Of a stretch of DNA of 64,000 bases, positions 41,387-50,680 are shown piece after piece. The DNA lies in assembly GCA_963761335.1 (NCBI GenBank), contig CAVXGR010000012.1, forward strand, positions 256,001 through 320,000, given 5' to 3'. This stretch comes from an uncultured delta proteobacterium (GTDB taxonomy: Bacteria > Desulfobacterota > Binatia > HRBIN30 > BPIQ01). The position numbers and the translations under genes are program-made. The number at the start of each line of letters is the position of its first letter. Position 1 is the stretch's first letter. The notes below the pieces were generated by a model. That model made no database searches and was not told the origin of the DNA. It saw only the letters and a list, made by a program, of their open reading frames with translations.

Positions 41387-43051
41387 TCAACGCCCCAGCA
41401 GGGCGCGGCCGATCACCTTGAGCTCGAGGATCGGCTTGACGCCCTCGAAGATGGGGAGCACCTGGGCGTCGACCACGTAGCGGGAGATGGGGAACTCCTC
41501 CGCATATCCCCAGCCGCCGTGGAGAAGCTGCCCCTCCTGGGTCACCCACACGGCGACGTCGGACGAGAAAAGCTTCGCCATCGCCGGCTCCAGCGAGATC
41601 GACTCGTCGCGATCCATGGCGCGGGCGGCCGCATAGGTGAGCTGGCGACCGGCCATCACATGGGTGGCCATGCGCCCGAGCTTGTGCTGGGTCAGCTGGA
41701 AGTCGCCGATGGGGCTGCCGAACTGGCGCCGGTCGTTGGCGTACTCGGCGGTGCGCTCGACGGCCGCCTGGGCGACGCCGGTGGCGCGACCGCCGGTCTG
41801 CAGGCGCCCGGCGGCGAAGCCACCCATCTGCAGGTAGAAGCCCTTGCCGGCGCCCTTCTCCTCGCCCACCAGGTTCTCCGCGGGGACGAAGTAGCGCTCG
41901 AAGCTCAGCGTGTACGAATGCATGCCGCGATAGCCGGGGGTCGGATCCGCCTTGCCCTCGAGCACACCGCCCTGCGGCTGCTTCATGGTGAAGGTGTGGC
42001 CCGTGAAGGAGTCCTTGGGCACGATGAACAACGACAGGCCGCGGGCGCCCTTGCTCATGTCCGGATCGGTCCGCGCCAGCAGGGCCAGGACGTTGGCGCG
42101 TCCGGCGAAGGTGCACCAGGCCTTGGCGCCGTCGATGAAGTAGCCGCGCTTGCCGCCGAGCTCGCCGGCCTCGGCGCGGCACTTGACCGAGGCGACGTCG
42201 GAGCCGATGTCGGGCTCGGTGACCGAGATGCCCACCATCAGCTCGCCGGCAGCGATCGGCGGCAGCCACTTCTGCTTCTGCGCCTCGGTGCCGCCCTTGA
42301 GCAGGGCCTTGGTGAGGATCTCGGGCCGGGTGATCAGGCTGCCGGCGCCGGCGAGGGACACCGCCGAGAGCTCCTCGGTGGTGATGATCATCGCCGGATT
42401 GCCCATGCCGGTGCCGCCGTACTCCTCCGGGACCGACATGCCGAAGTAGCCGAGCTCGGCCATCTTGCCGATGATCTCCTCGGGGATCAGCTCGTCGTGG
42501 CGGTGGATGCGCTCGGCCTGCGGCGCCACCTCCTCGCGGGCGAACTGGCGCACCGACTCGCGCGCCATCGCCAGCATCTCCGGCTCGATCCAGGAGTTGT
42601 TGACGCCGCGGGCGGCAATGACGGCGCGGCCGACGGTGCGCACCCGGCGCTCGTCGAGCCCGGCGCGCACCAGACCCCTGGTCTCGGCCGAGCCGAGGGT
42701 CTGGTTCAGCAGCTCGGCGGAGACACCGAAATCGGCGCTGAAGCCGTCGACCTGCGACGCCAGCCTCTGCGCCGCCTCGGCGAGGAACACCGCCGCCATG
42801 TGGCGCAGCTCCTGCGGCGCCTGACCGGCGGCCGAGGCGGCGTCGAGATAGGCGAGGAGGTCGCGCGCCGCCGCCGCCTCGGTGGCGGCGTAGGCGAGGC
42901 GCTCCGTATGCACCTGGTGCTCATCGATCCCCTTGCCGCCGTCGGTGACCTCGCGGGCGTGATCGACGGCCGCGTCGATCACCTTGGAGACGGCGTCGCT
43001 GAGCCGCTGCAGATCGGCCGAATCGATGGGAGCCACTGGCGTTTCACTCAT
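41387..43051 (-). CDS. mcd: Acyl-CoA dehydrogenase, (2S)-methylsuccinyl-CoA dehydrogenase-like
   Basis: 554 aa with a long N-terminal extension; GSLITRPEI, TEPDIGSD, GYRGM, R.QFG, HGGWGYAEE, IFEG. Lies near ecm. Confidence 0.75.
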   Translation of the reverse strand: MSETPVAPIDSADLQRLSDAVSKVIDAAVDHAREVTDGGKGIDEHQVHTERLAYAATEAAAARDLLAYLDAASAAGQAPQELRHMAAVFLAEAAQRLASQVDGFSADFGVSAELLNQTLGSAETRGLVRAGLDERRVRTVGRAVIAARGVNNSWIEPEMLAMARESVRQFAREEVAPQAERIHRHDELIPEEIIGKMAELGYFGMSVPEEYGGTGMGNPAMIITTEELSAVSLAGAGSLITRPEILTKALLKGGTEAQKQKWLPPIAAGELMVGISVTEPDIGSDVASVKCRAEAGELGGKRGYFIDGAKAWCTFAGRANVLALLARTDPDMSKGARGLSLFIVPKDSFTGHTFTMKQPQGGVLEGKADPTPGYRGMHSYTLSFERYFVPAENLVGEEKGAGKGFYLQMGGFAAGRLQTGGRATGVAQAAVERTAEYANDRRQFGSPIGDFQLTQHKLGRMATHVMAGRQLTYAAARAMDRDESISLEPAMAKLFSSDVAVWVTQEGQLLHGGWGYAEEFPISRYVVDAQVLPIFEGVKPILELKVIGRALLGR

Positions 43052-43289
43052 GCTCGAATCCTTTGCGGGAAGTTTCGGGGGCGCCGGCCGGCGTCCCCGC
43101 TGCGGCTCTCTTACCATTCGGCGGCGACCAGTCAAACGCAGACATCGAACAGGCACCTGCGGGAATGAAGCTGCCCCAATCAGCGCTAGACGGGCCCCAC
43201 CGTTTCGGAGTAGTCAGCCCCGAAGTCACGGCGCGCCTTTCGGGGGAGCCGCGGGCTCCCCCGAAAAGGCGACTCCCGAGGAGGACTCG

Positions 43290-44571
43290 ATGAGATACAT
43301 CTCGCTGTGTCTGTTTTCCGCACTGCTTCTGACCTCCGTTACGTCGGTCCACGCCGACACGGCGAGCTGCTCGGTGGCGTACAGCCTTCCCGCCGACATT
43401 CCCACGTCGACCTCGGATGCCACCGAATCATGACGACATCATCGCCCAGAAGCTCTACGACCAGGACAGCCTGAAATCTCGCACGAGCGACGTCAACCTC
43501 GACTGCGGCCTCTCGTCGTATTCCGGTGGCGATCCGGCCGATGTGGACATGGGCGCCCTGGTCGTCAAAGTCGCGTGGATGGACGTCACCGATGCGATAC
43601 AGGATGGCGACCTCGACCCTTCCAGGTACCATCTCGAGGACCTGCTGGTGTACACCCCCGCCTACCGCAACAGCGACGGCGTCGCCTCCTGCGAGCTGCG
43701 CACGATGGCCATGGTGGGCATGCACGTGGCGCACAAGACCTTCAATCAGCCCAACTGGATCTGGTCGACCTTCGAGCACGATCTGAACGCGCCGGATTGC
43801 ACCGGCCCTCTCCCCGGCCCCGGCACGCAACAGACCAACACTTCCTGCCCCGATTCAGTGAGCACCGACTACAACTTCTACGGAGAGGTTTGTAACGGCA
43901 CAGTCCAGGCGTGCGCCTCGTGCAACTCGGTGCCGGCTCCCAACGGCATCTGCGCCAACCCCACGACAACCATCGGCAGCGGCTTTTGCATCGATCAACC
44001 TCCCGCCGCGAACGGCGGCATCTCGCAGCTGTGCCGGCAGGTGCCGATCTCGAGCTATCCGGAAGCCGAGACGTGGAACACCGCCTGCAAAGCCGCGCTC
44101 GGCGGGGCCAGCGTCTGGAGCAACTACAGCCTCATCTCGAGTCAGTGGGGCACCTCCGCCATCGCCGCCGGCTGCAACAACGTCGCCGGACAGATCTTCT
44201 CCGGCAAGGTCAACGACTCGCTCATCCTGCCGAAGGTGGCGGTGGGCTCGGCAATGAAGCCGATTCTGGGGAACACCTCGATGGAGTCGTACGACCGCTC
44301 CAACTGCATCGGCTGCCACGCCAAGGCCACCTTCACCAACGACGCCGGCACCCCCCTGAGCACCGACCTGATGTACTTCCTGCAGCTGCAGGTGTCGGCG
44401 CCGGCGAGCACGCGTTTGGCGTTCCCACGCGACCGACCAGGCGCCACCAATCCCGCGAGCAGCAGCGGCGGCTGCGCCATCGCGCCGAAGTCCGGTGGGA
44501 CCGGCGCGTGGGTGATGCTCGGCGCCTTGATGATCCTCGCAGCCCGCCCGCGGCGGCGTCCCGGTCGCTGA
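43290..44571 (+). pseudogene. Secreted Cys-rich c-type cytochrome-like protein with C-terminal sorting tail; signal-peptide part out of frame
   Basis: GAGGAGG SD, then MRYISLCLFSALLLTSVTSVHA, which stops at 43433. The body is in another frame, with GMHVAHKT..PNWIWSTFEH, NCIGCH and a GGC-TM-RRR tail. Confidence 0.65.
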
Positions 44572-44720
44572 GCCGAGGCTCGATCCGCACCGACCTCAGC
44601 CGTCGTGCCGCGGTGACCGTTCACCTGCCGAGCACTTCGAGCGCAACAAGCACGAGCCCTTATCGCCGCCGGGAACTCCGCTAATTTGACGCAAGCTGGC
44701 GCAGATAGTACGCCCCGGCC

Positions 44721-45758
44721 ATGTTCGTCATCGACAATGGCAACCGCTTCGTCATCCCGCGGACCGAGCTCACCTATCCCGGCCACAACCTGAAGCTCCA
44801 CGAGAATGCCGCCGATCCGGCGAAGGCGCCGGTCGACCTGGTAATGGCCGATTTCGAGGACGCCTGCCCCTACGAGTTCAAGGGCGAGAAGAGCCGCAAG
44901 GTCATGGTGAAAGCGCTGAACGCGCTCGACTTCGGAAGGAAAGTCGTGAGCGTGCGGCCGAACAGCATCTACTCGCCTTTCTTCGTCGGCGATCTCGAGG
45001 CCGTGGTTCTCGGCGCACCGAATCGCTTCCACGGCATCATGCTGCCGAAGACACGGGGGCCCGAGGACATCATCTACCTCTCCAAGCTCCTCGACGACCT
45101 CGAGCGCCGCGGCGGCTGGAAGTACCGGCTGCAGATCGAGTGCCTGATCGAGACACCCCATGCGCTGGTCAAGGCCTACGAGATCGCCATCGCCTCGGAC
45201 CGCATGTGCGGCCTGGTCTTCGGCATCGCCGACTTCGCCGCCAACCTGGGGATCCACGAGATCGTCGACGACCAGAACCGCAACTTCCACTACGCCAAGC
45301 AGTCCATGGTCGTCGCCGCCAAGGCCGCCGGCTTGCACGCCATCGACAACGTCTACTTGCGGCTGGTGCGCAAGGGAGACTCGCCGGAGCAGGTGAAGAA
45401 GGTCGAGGACGGACTGCGGGTCAAGAACCTGGGCTCGGCCGCCCTGGGCATGGACGGCACCTGGGTCATCCATCCGCAGCAGGCGCAGATCGCCAACCAG
45501 TGCTACTCGCCGACGCAGGAGCAGATCCGCTACGCCAAGCGCGTCCTCGAGCTCTACCACCAGAAGGGCGGCGGCTCGATGGCCGATCCGGAGACCGGCG
45601 AGATGATCGACGAGGCGACCATCAAGATCGTGCTCATGGATCTGGCCAAGGCGGCGCAGTCCGGAGAGGTGGAGCCCGCCTATCTCGCCAAGCAGGCGGC
45701 GAAGAGCCAGAAGATCACCGGCTACGACATACTCGAGCTGATGCGGCGCACCGCCTGA
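44721..45758 (+). CDS. CitE/HpcH-family CoA-ester lyase, malyl-CoA/beta-methylmalyl-CoA lyase-like
   Basis: DFEDA, VRPN, MLPK, LIET, FGIADF, GTWVIHPQQ, GEMIDEA. Confidence 0.8.
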   Translation: MFVIDNGNRFVIPRTELTYPGHNLKLHENAADPAKAPVDLVMADFEDACPYEFKGEKSRKVMVKALNALDFGRKVVSVRPNSIYSPFFVGDLEAVVLGAPNRFHGIMLPKTRGPEDIIYLSKLLDDLERRGGWKYRLQIECLIETPHALVKAYEIAIASDRMCGLVFGIADFAANLGIHEIVDDQNRNFHYAKQSMVVAAKAAGLHAIDNVYLRLVRKGDSPEQVKKVEDGLRVKNLGSAALGMDGTWVIHPQQAQIANQCYSPTQEQIRYAKRVLELYHQKGGGSMADPETGEMIDEATIKIVLMDLAKAAQSGEVEPAYLAKQAAKSQKITGYDILELMRRTA

Positions 45759-45762
45759 CGGC

Positions 45763-45837
45763 GGGGGACAGGCTACTCTTGCGCCTCGCTGGCGCATGAG
45801 GGCAGCGACCTCGCCCGCAAGAGTTGCCTGTCCCCCT
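45763..45837. repeat. Repeat family C inverted pair between convergent genes
   Basis: gggggacaggctactcttgcg ... cgcaagagttgcctgtccccc. Confidence 0.85.
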
Positions 45838-47798
45838 CAGCCGCGGGCGCTGCGCGCCGCGATGCGATCGGCGATGTCGCGCACGATCTCCGTCAGCGTC
45901 GCCTCGCCCGGCGTGTAGATGGCGGCGACCCCGGCGCGCTCGAGCTTCGCCTGGTCTGCCTCGGGGATGATGCCGCCGACCATCACCGGCACGTCGCCGA
46001 GGCCCTTCTCGCGCAGCAGCTCGGTCACCCGCGGTACCAGCGTCATGTGCGAGCCCGAGTGGATGGAGATGCCGACGGCGTCGACGTCCTCATCGGCGGC
46101 GGAGGCGGCGATCTGCTCCGGAGTCAGACGAATGCCGTTGTAGATCACCTCGAAGCCCGCCTCTTTGGCGCGCACCGCCACCTGCTCGGCGCCGTTGGAG
46201 TGGCCGTCGAGCCCCGGCTTGGCCACCAGCAGCCGGGGCGGATGGCCGATCTCCCGCGCCACCTCGGCAACCCGAGCCCGCAGCGCCGCCAGGGCGTCGC
46301 CGTTGCCGGAGAGACCGAGACCCTGCAGACCGGTCGGAGCGCGATACTCGCCGAAAATGCGGCGCAGCGTCCCGGCCCACTCGCCGGTGGTGACGCCGGC
46401 GTGCGCGGCGCGGATCGAGGCCGGCATGATATTGTCGCCGGAGCGCGCCGCATCGGCGAGCCCCTGGAGCGCGGCCGCGACCCCGGCCTGATCGCGGCGG
46501 TCGCGGAACGCCTGCAGGCGCTCGATCTGGCGGCGCTCGGCCTCCGGGTCGACGACCAGGATGTTCTCGGCGTCCTCGGTCAGCAACGGCGACGGCTCTG
46601 TCTCGTTGAAGCGGTTGACGCCGACCATCACCAGCTCGCCGCTCTCGATGCGGCGGGAACGCCCGGCGTGGCTGGCGACCAGGGCGCGCTTCATCACCTC
46701 GATCGCCTGGCTCACGTCACCGAGCTGTTGGAGGCGCGACAGCTCCGCCTCTGCCGCCTCCATGAGCTCCGCGACCTTCTTCTCGATGACCGTCGATCCC
46801 GCGAAGATGTCTTCGCCATACTCCAGCAGGTCGGTCTCGTAGGCGAGCACCTGTTGGATGCGCAAGGACCACTGCTGGTCCCACGGCCGCGGCAGTCCGA
46901 GCGCCTCGTTCCACGCCGGCAGCTGCACGGAGCGGGCCCGCGCCTCCTTCGACAAGGTCACCGCCAGCATCTCGAGGACGATGCGCTGGATGTTGTTCTC
47001 CGGCTGCTGGGCGGTCAGGCCAAGCGAGTTGACCTGGACGCCGTAGCGGAAGCGCCGGCTCTTGGCGTCCTGCACGCCGTAGCGCTGCTGCGTGTGCTTG
47101 TCCCAGAGGCGCACGAACGCCTTCATCTTGCACATCTCTTCGACGAAGCGGATGCCGGCGTTGACGAAGAACGAGATGCGCGCCACCACCTGGGGCATGG
47201 CGATCCCCGGACGCGCCTGGACGCGGTCGAGAACCGCAAAGGCATTGGCCAGTGTGAAGGCGATCTCCTGCACCGGAGTCGCCCCCGCCTCCTGCAGGTG
47301 GTAGCTGCACATATTGACGGGGTTCCAGCTCGGCACCTCGCGCACGGTGAACTCGATGGTGTCGGCGGTGAGCCGCAGCGACGGCTCCGGCGGGAAGATG
47401 TGCGTGCCCCGCGAGAGCACTTCCTTGAGGATGTCGTTCTGCGTCGTGCCGCGCAGATCCCGCGGATTGGCGCCCTGGCGCTCGGCGGCAGCGATGTAGA
47501 GCGACAGCAGCCAGGCGGCGGTGGCGTTGATGGTCATCGAGGTGTTCATCTTCGCCAGTGGGATCTCGGCGAACAGCGCGTCCATGTCGTCGATATGCGA
47601 GATGGGCACGCCCACCTTGCCCACCTCTCCGGCCGCCATCGGCTCGTCGGAGTCGTACCCCGTCTGCGTCGGCAGGTCGAAAGCGACGCTCAGCCCCGTC
47701 TGTCCCTTGGCGAGGTTCTTGCGGAAGAGAGCGTTTGCCGCCCGCGGGTCGGTGTGCCCCGCATAGGTGCGCATCAACCAGGGATTCTCACGCGCCAT
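45837..47798 (-). CDS. ecm: Ethylmalonyl-CoA mutase (MeaA/Ecm)
   Basis: PWLMRTYAGH, RFRYGVQVNSLGLT.QQPENN, QLPAWNEALGLPRPWDQQWSLR, and fused B12 domain DGHSNGAEQ. Confidence 0.92.
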   Translation of the reverse strand: MARENPWLMRTYAGHTDPRAANALFRKNLAKGQTGLSVAFDLPTQTGYDSDEPMAAGEVGKVGVPISHIDDMDALFAEIPLAKMNTSMTINATAAWLLSLYIAAAERQGANPRDLRGTTQNDILKEVLSRGTHIFPPEPSLRLTADTIEFTVREVPSWNPVNMCSYHLQEAGATPVQEIAFTLANAFAVLDRVQARPGIAMPQVVARISFFVNAGIRFVEEMCKMKAFVRLWDKHTQQRYGVQDAKSRRFRYGVQVNSLGLTAQQPENNIQRIVLEMLAVTLSKEARARSVQLPAWNEALGLPRPWDQQWSLRIQQVLAYETDLLEYGEDIFAGSTVIEKKVAELMEAAEAELSRLQQLGDVSQAIEVMKRALVASHAGRSRRIESGELVMVGVNRFNETEPSPLLTEDAENILVVDPEAERRQIERLQAFRDRRDQAGVAAALQGLADAARSGDNIMPASIRAAHAGVTTGEWAGTLRRIFGEYRAPTGLQGLGLSGNGDALAALRARVAEVAREIGHPPRLLVAKPGLDGHSNGAEQVAVRAKEAGFEVIYNGIRLTPEQIAASAADEDVDAVGISIHSGSHMTLVPRVTELLREKGLGDVPVMVGGIIPEADQAKLERAGVAAIYTPGEATLTEIVRDIADRIAARSARG

Positions 47799-47908
47799 GG
47801 CGTTCATAAAGCACCGAATCCGACCACAGGCAACCGCCGCCGCGGCTGCTTCGCGCAAGCAATTTCGCTTGAAATGCCTGTACTCGCACCGCATGGTGTT
47901 AGGCACTC

Positions 47909-50680
47909 ATGCTTGGTCATCCAGCCGTCAGTCCCCCATTGCTTCCGCCCCGACTCTCCCGTTCTCGAAGACCGCGCCGTCGGCGACGGCTTCTGATCCC
48001 CTTGCCGTTCGTGCTGCTCGCCATGCTGGCGGCCTGGCCCAGACCGGCCGCGGCCCAGGACCGCCCCACGCGCACGCCGCTGCCGACACAGACCCCGCGG
48101 CCGACGCGCACCGAGGTGGGAGGCACGCCAGGGCCAACCGCGATTCCGCCAACCGCGGCGCCGACACACGCGCCCGTGACGCCTTTGCCGACGGCCACCG
48201 CGCCGCCATCCACGCCGCCCGCGGTTACCAATACGCCCGGCGAAGGCCCGGCGACGCCGACGCGTATACCGACGCGCTCCGGCCAGACGCCGACCACGGC
48301 GCCGACGCCGGGAGGCTCGCCTGTCCCCACGCGCACGGCCACCCCGCTGGGCGTCAACACCGGTCCTCCGACGCCCACGCCCACTCCTGCTCCGCCGGGG
48401 CGGGCGACAAATACCCGTGGGCCTCTGCCGCCGCGCGCCGTCTCGTTTCGCGCCGCCCCCGAGATCGCCGCCGGCGACGCGCCGGTTGCCGTGGCGCTCG
48501 CCGATTTCGATCGCGACGGACTCGTCGATGCCGTAGTCGCCAATCGCGACATCGACCAGGTGACCATCCTGCACGGCGATCCGATCAGCGATCTGATCGC
48601 CGGCAGCTCGTTCGCCACCGGCAATCTTCCCGTCAGCGTGGTCGCCGCGGACTTCTCCGGAGACACCGTCGCGGACATCGCCACGGCCAACGCGGGTGAT
48701 GGAACGGTGTCGATCCTCCTCAACCAGGGCGGCATGCAGTTCAGCGAAGCCTTCCGCCCGATGATCGGCGGCACGCCATCAGCAATGGCGCTCTACGGGG
48801 ATCGCCTTGCGGTCGCCGATCGCGCCAACCAGCGCATCGTCCTTCTCAGCAACCCCGGCAACGGGGACTTCCAGGTCGACGAGATCCTCGCCGCCGGCAA
48901 GGAGCCGGTCGGCCTCGCCGTCGCCGACCTGAACGGCGACGGCCGAGCCGATCTGGTCAGCGCCAATCAAGGCGACGGCACGATCTCGATCGCCTACGGC
49001 CAGGCGAGTGGCTTCGCACCGACCATCTCGCTCTTCGTCGGCGGGAATCCGTCGGCGCTGGCGCTCGGGGACGTCGATCTGGATGGCTATGCGGACATCA
49101 TCTTCGCCAGCTCCAGCGACGACTCGGTCACCGTCTACCGCGGCACCGCCGGCGGCACCTTCTTCAATGCTTTCTCCACGGCCGTCCCCGCGGGTCCGGT
49201 GGCGCTCGCCTTCGTCGACGACGTCGACACCCTGGTCAGCGGCGACGGCAAACCCGATGTTCTCGTGGTGAGCGAGACGGCGGGAACGCTCTCGGTGCTC
49301 CTCGGCACCGGTGGGCAGCCGCTCCTCCGCGCAGGCGGCCACTTCCTCACCGGACGCGGCCCCCTGGGTCTGGCAGGGGGGCAGATCACCACCAACCCAG
49401 ACGTTGAGGATCCGGGCGCGGCGATCTTCACGGACTGGCTGGTAGCCAATGCCCTGAGCGACAGCGTCACCCTCCTGCGCGGCGCCCGCGGCGGCAGCTT
49501 CGTCAGCGGCGTCAGCTCCGCCGCCGGCATCCAGCCGACCTCGATCGATGTGGGAGATTTCGACGAGGACGGATCTCTCGATGTGCTCACCGCCGATCAC
49601 GGCGAGTCGAGTGTGTCCTTCATCCGCGGCAACGGGCGCGGCAACTTCCGCGAGCCAACCCCCATTCCCGTGGACCCGGCGCCGCTGTTGCTGGCCTCGG
49701 GTGACTTCGACGGCGACGGTCACGACGACTTCGCGGTGATCGGCGACGTCACCCACCGTCTGCTCGTCTACCGCGGCAACGGCATGGGCGCCTTCGGCCT
49801 GCTGCGCGACCTCGGCCAGCAGACGCGGGCGACGGCTCTGCGAGCGGGTGATCTCGACCGCGACGGTGCCGACGATCTCGTCGTGGCCGACGGCGCCAAC
49901 GGGCAGATCACCGCCTGGGTCAAGCTCGCGGGGGTCGCGACCTCGTTCGTTATCGGCAATCCCTCACAGCCGACGGATATCGGCATTGCCGATATCAACA
50001 TCGACGGCCGCGCCGACATCGTCGCCGCCCTCCCCGGAGACAACGCCGTCATCGTCTGGTTTCAGTCGAGCGACGGCACCTTCATCGATTCGGCCATTGC
50101 CGACGCCGGATTGAAACCGCGCCAGCTCGCGGTTGCCGACCTCAACGGCGACGACGAGGCCGACATCGTCGCCGTCGATCCGGATACGCTCAGCGCCAGC
50201 GTGATGATCACGCAGGACATCGGCGTCATCGGCGCGCCGACGCTGTATTCGACCGGCGATGCGTCAGTCGCGGTCCTGGCGGCCGACGTGAACCTCGATG
50301 GAAACATGGACATCGTCAGCCTGAGCGAGACCGGCAACAGCGTCTCCGTGCTGACCGGCGATGGCACCGGACAATTCATCGGGCCGAAGGTGTACACCGC
50401 GGGGAGTGGGCCGCGCAGCTTCGTTGCCGGGCTGTTCAACGCCGACGTGCTGCCGGACCTGGTAATCGCCGCCGCCGCCGGTGACGAGATCACCATCCTC
50501 CGCAACAACACCAAGACCGGTTTCACGCCGGTGCCGACGGCGACCGCGACACCACTTCCGCCCGTCAGCGGCGGGGGCGGCGGCTGCAACACCGGCGGCG
50601 GGGCTGCCGGCGCTGCGCCGATGATCGCACTGCTGGCTCTAGTGGGGCTGGCGGGCGGCGCTCAGAAGCGCAGGGAGTAG
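47909..50680 (+). CDS. FG-GAP/VCBS repeat surface protein with Pro/Thr-rich stalk and C-terminal GGC-TM-basic tail
   Basis: Signal peptide, TP-rich region, many D(F/L)xGDGxxD repeats; ends GGGGGCNTGG...MIALLALVGLAGGAQKRRE. Confidence 0.88.
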   Translation: MLGHPAVSPPLLPPRLSRSRRPRRRRRLLIPLPFVLLAMLAAWPRPAAAQDRPTRTPLPTQTPRPTRTEVGGTPGPTAIPPTAAPTHAPVTPLPTATAPPSTPPAVTNTPGEGPATPTRIPTRSGQTPTTAPTPGGSPVPTRTATPLGVNTGPPTPTPTPAPPGRATNTRGPLPPRAVSFRAAPEIAAGDAPVAVALADFDRDGLVDAVVANRDIDQVTILHGDPISDLIAGSSFATGNLPVSVVAADFSGDTVADIATANAGDGTVSILLNQGGMQFSEAFRPMIGGTPSAMALYGDRLAVADRANQRIVLLSNPGNGDFQVDEILAAGKEPVGLAVADLNGDGRADLVSANQGDGTISIAYGQASGFAPTISLFVGGNPSALALGDVDLDGYADIIFASSSDDSVTVYRGTAGGTFFNAFSTAVPAGPVALAFVDDVDTLVSGDGKPDVLVVSETAGTLSVLLGTGGQPLLRAGGHFLTGRGPLGLAGGQITTNPDVEDPGAAIFTDWLVANALSDSVTLLRGARGGSFVSGVSSAAGIQPTSIDVGDFDEDGSLDVLTADHGESSVSFIRGNGRGNFREPTPIPVDPAPLLLASGDFDGDGHDDFAVIGDVTHRLLVYRGNGMGAFGLLRDLGQQTRATALRAGDLDRDGADDLVVADGANGQITAWVKLAGVATSFVIGNPSQPTDIGIADINIDGRADIVAALPGDNAVIVWFQSSDGTFIDSAIADAGLKPRQLAVADLNGDDEADIVAVDPDTLSASVMITQDIGVIGAPTLYSTGDASVAVLAADVNLDGNMDIVSLSETGNSVSVLTGDGTGQFIGPKVYTAGSGPRSFVAGLFNADVLPDLVIAAAAGDEITILRNNTKTGFTPVPTATATPLPPVSGGGGGCNTGGGAAGAAPMIALLALVGLAGGAQKRRE

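Noticed and set aside
43140..43290. Cobalamin or other riboswitch near the B12 mutase/EMC genes
   Set aside because: GGGAA and GCTGCCCC fragments are present, but I could not find the B12-box or the full architecture. An Rfam scan would settle it.
43431..43433. TGA as selenocysteine or read-through (also the TGA at 14873)
   Set aside because: The same-frame continuation is not protein-like, and the conserved-looking sequence continues in a different frame.
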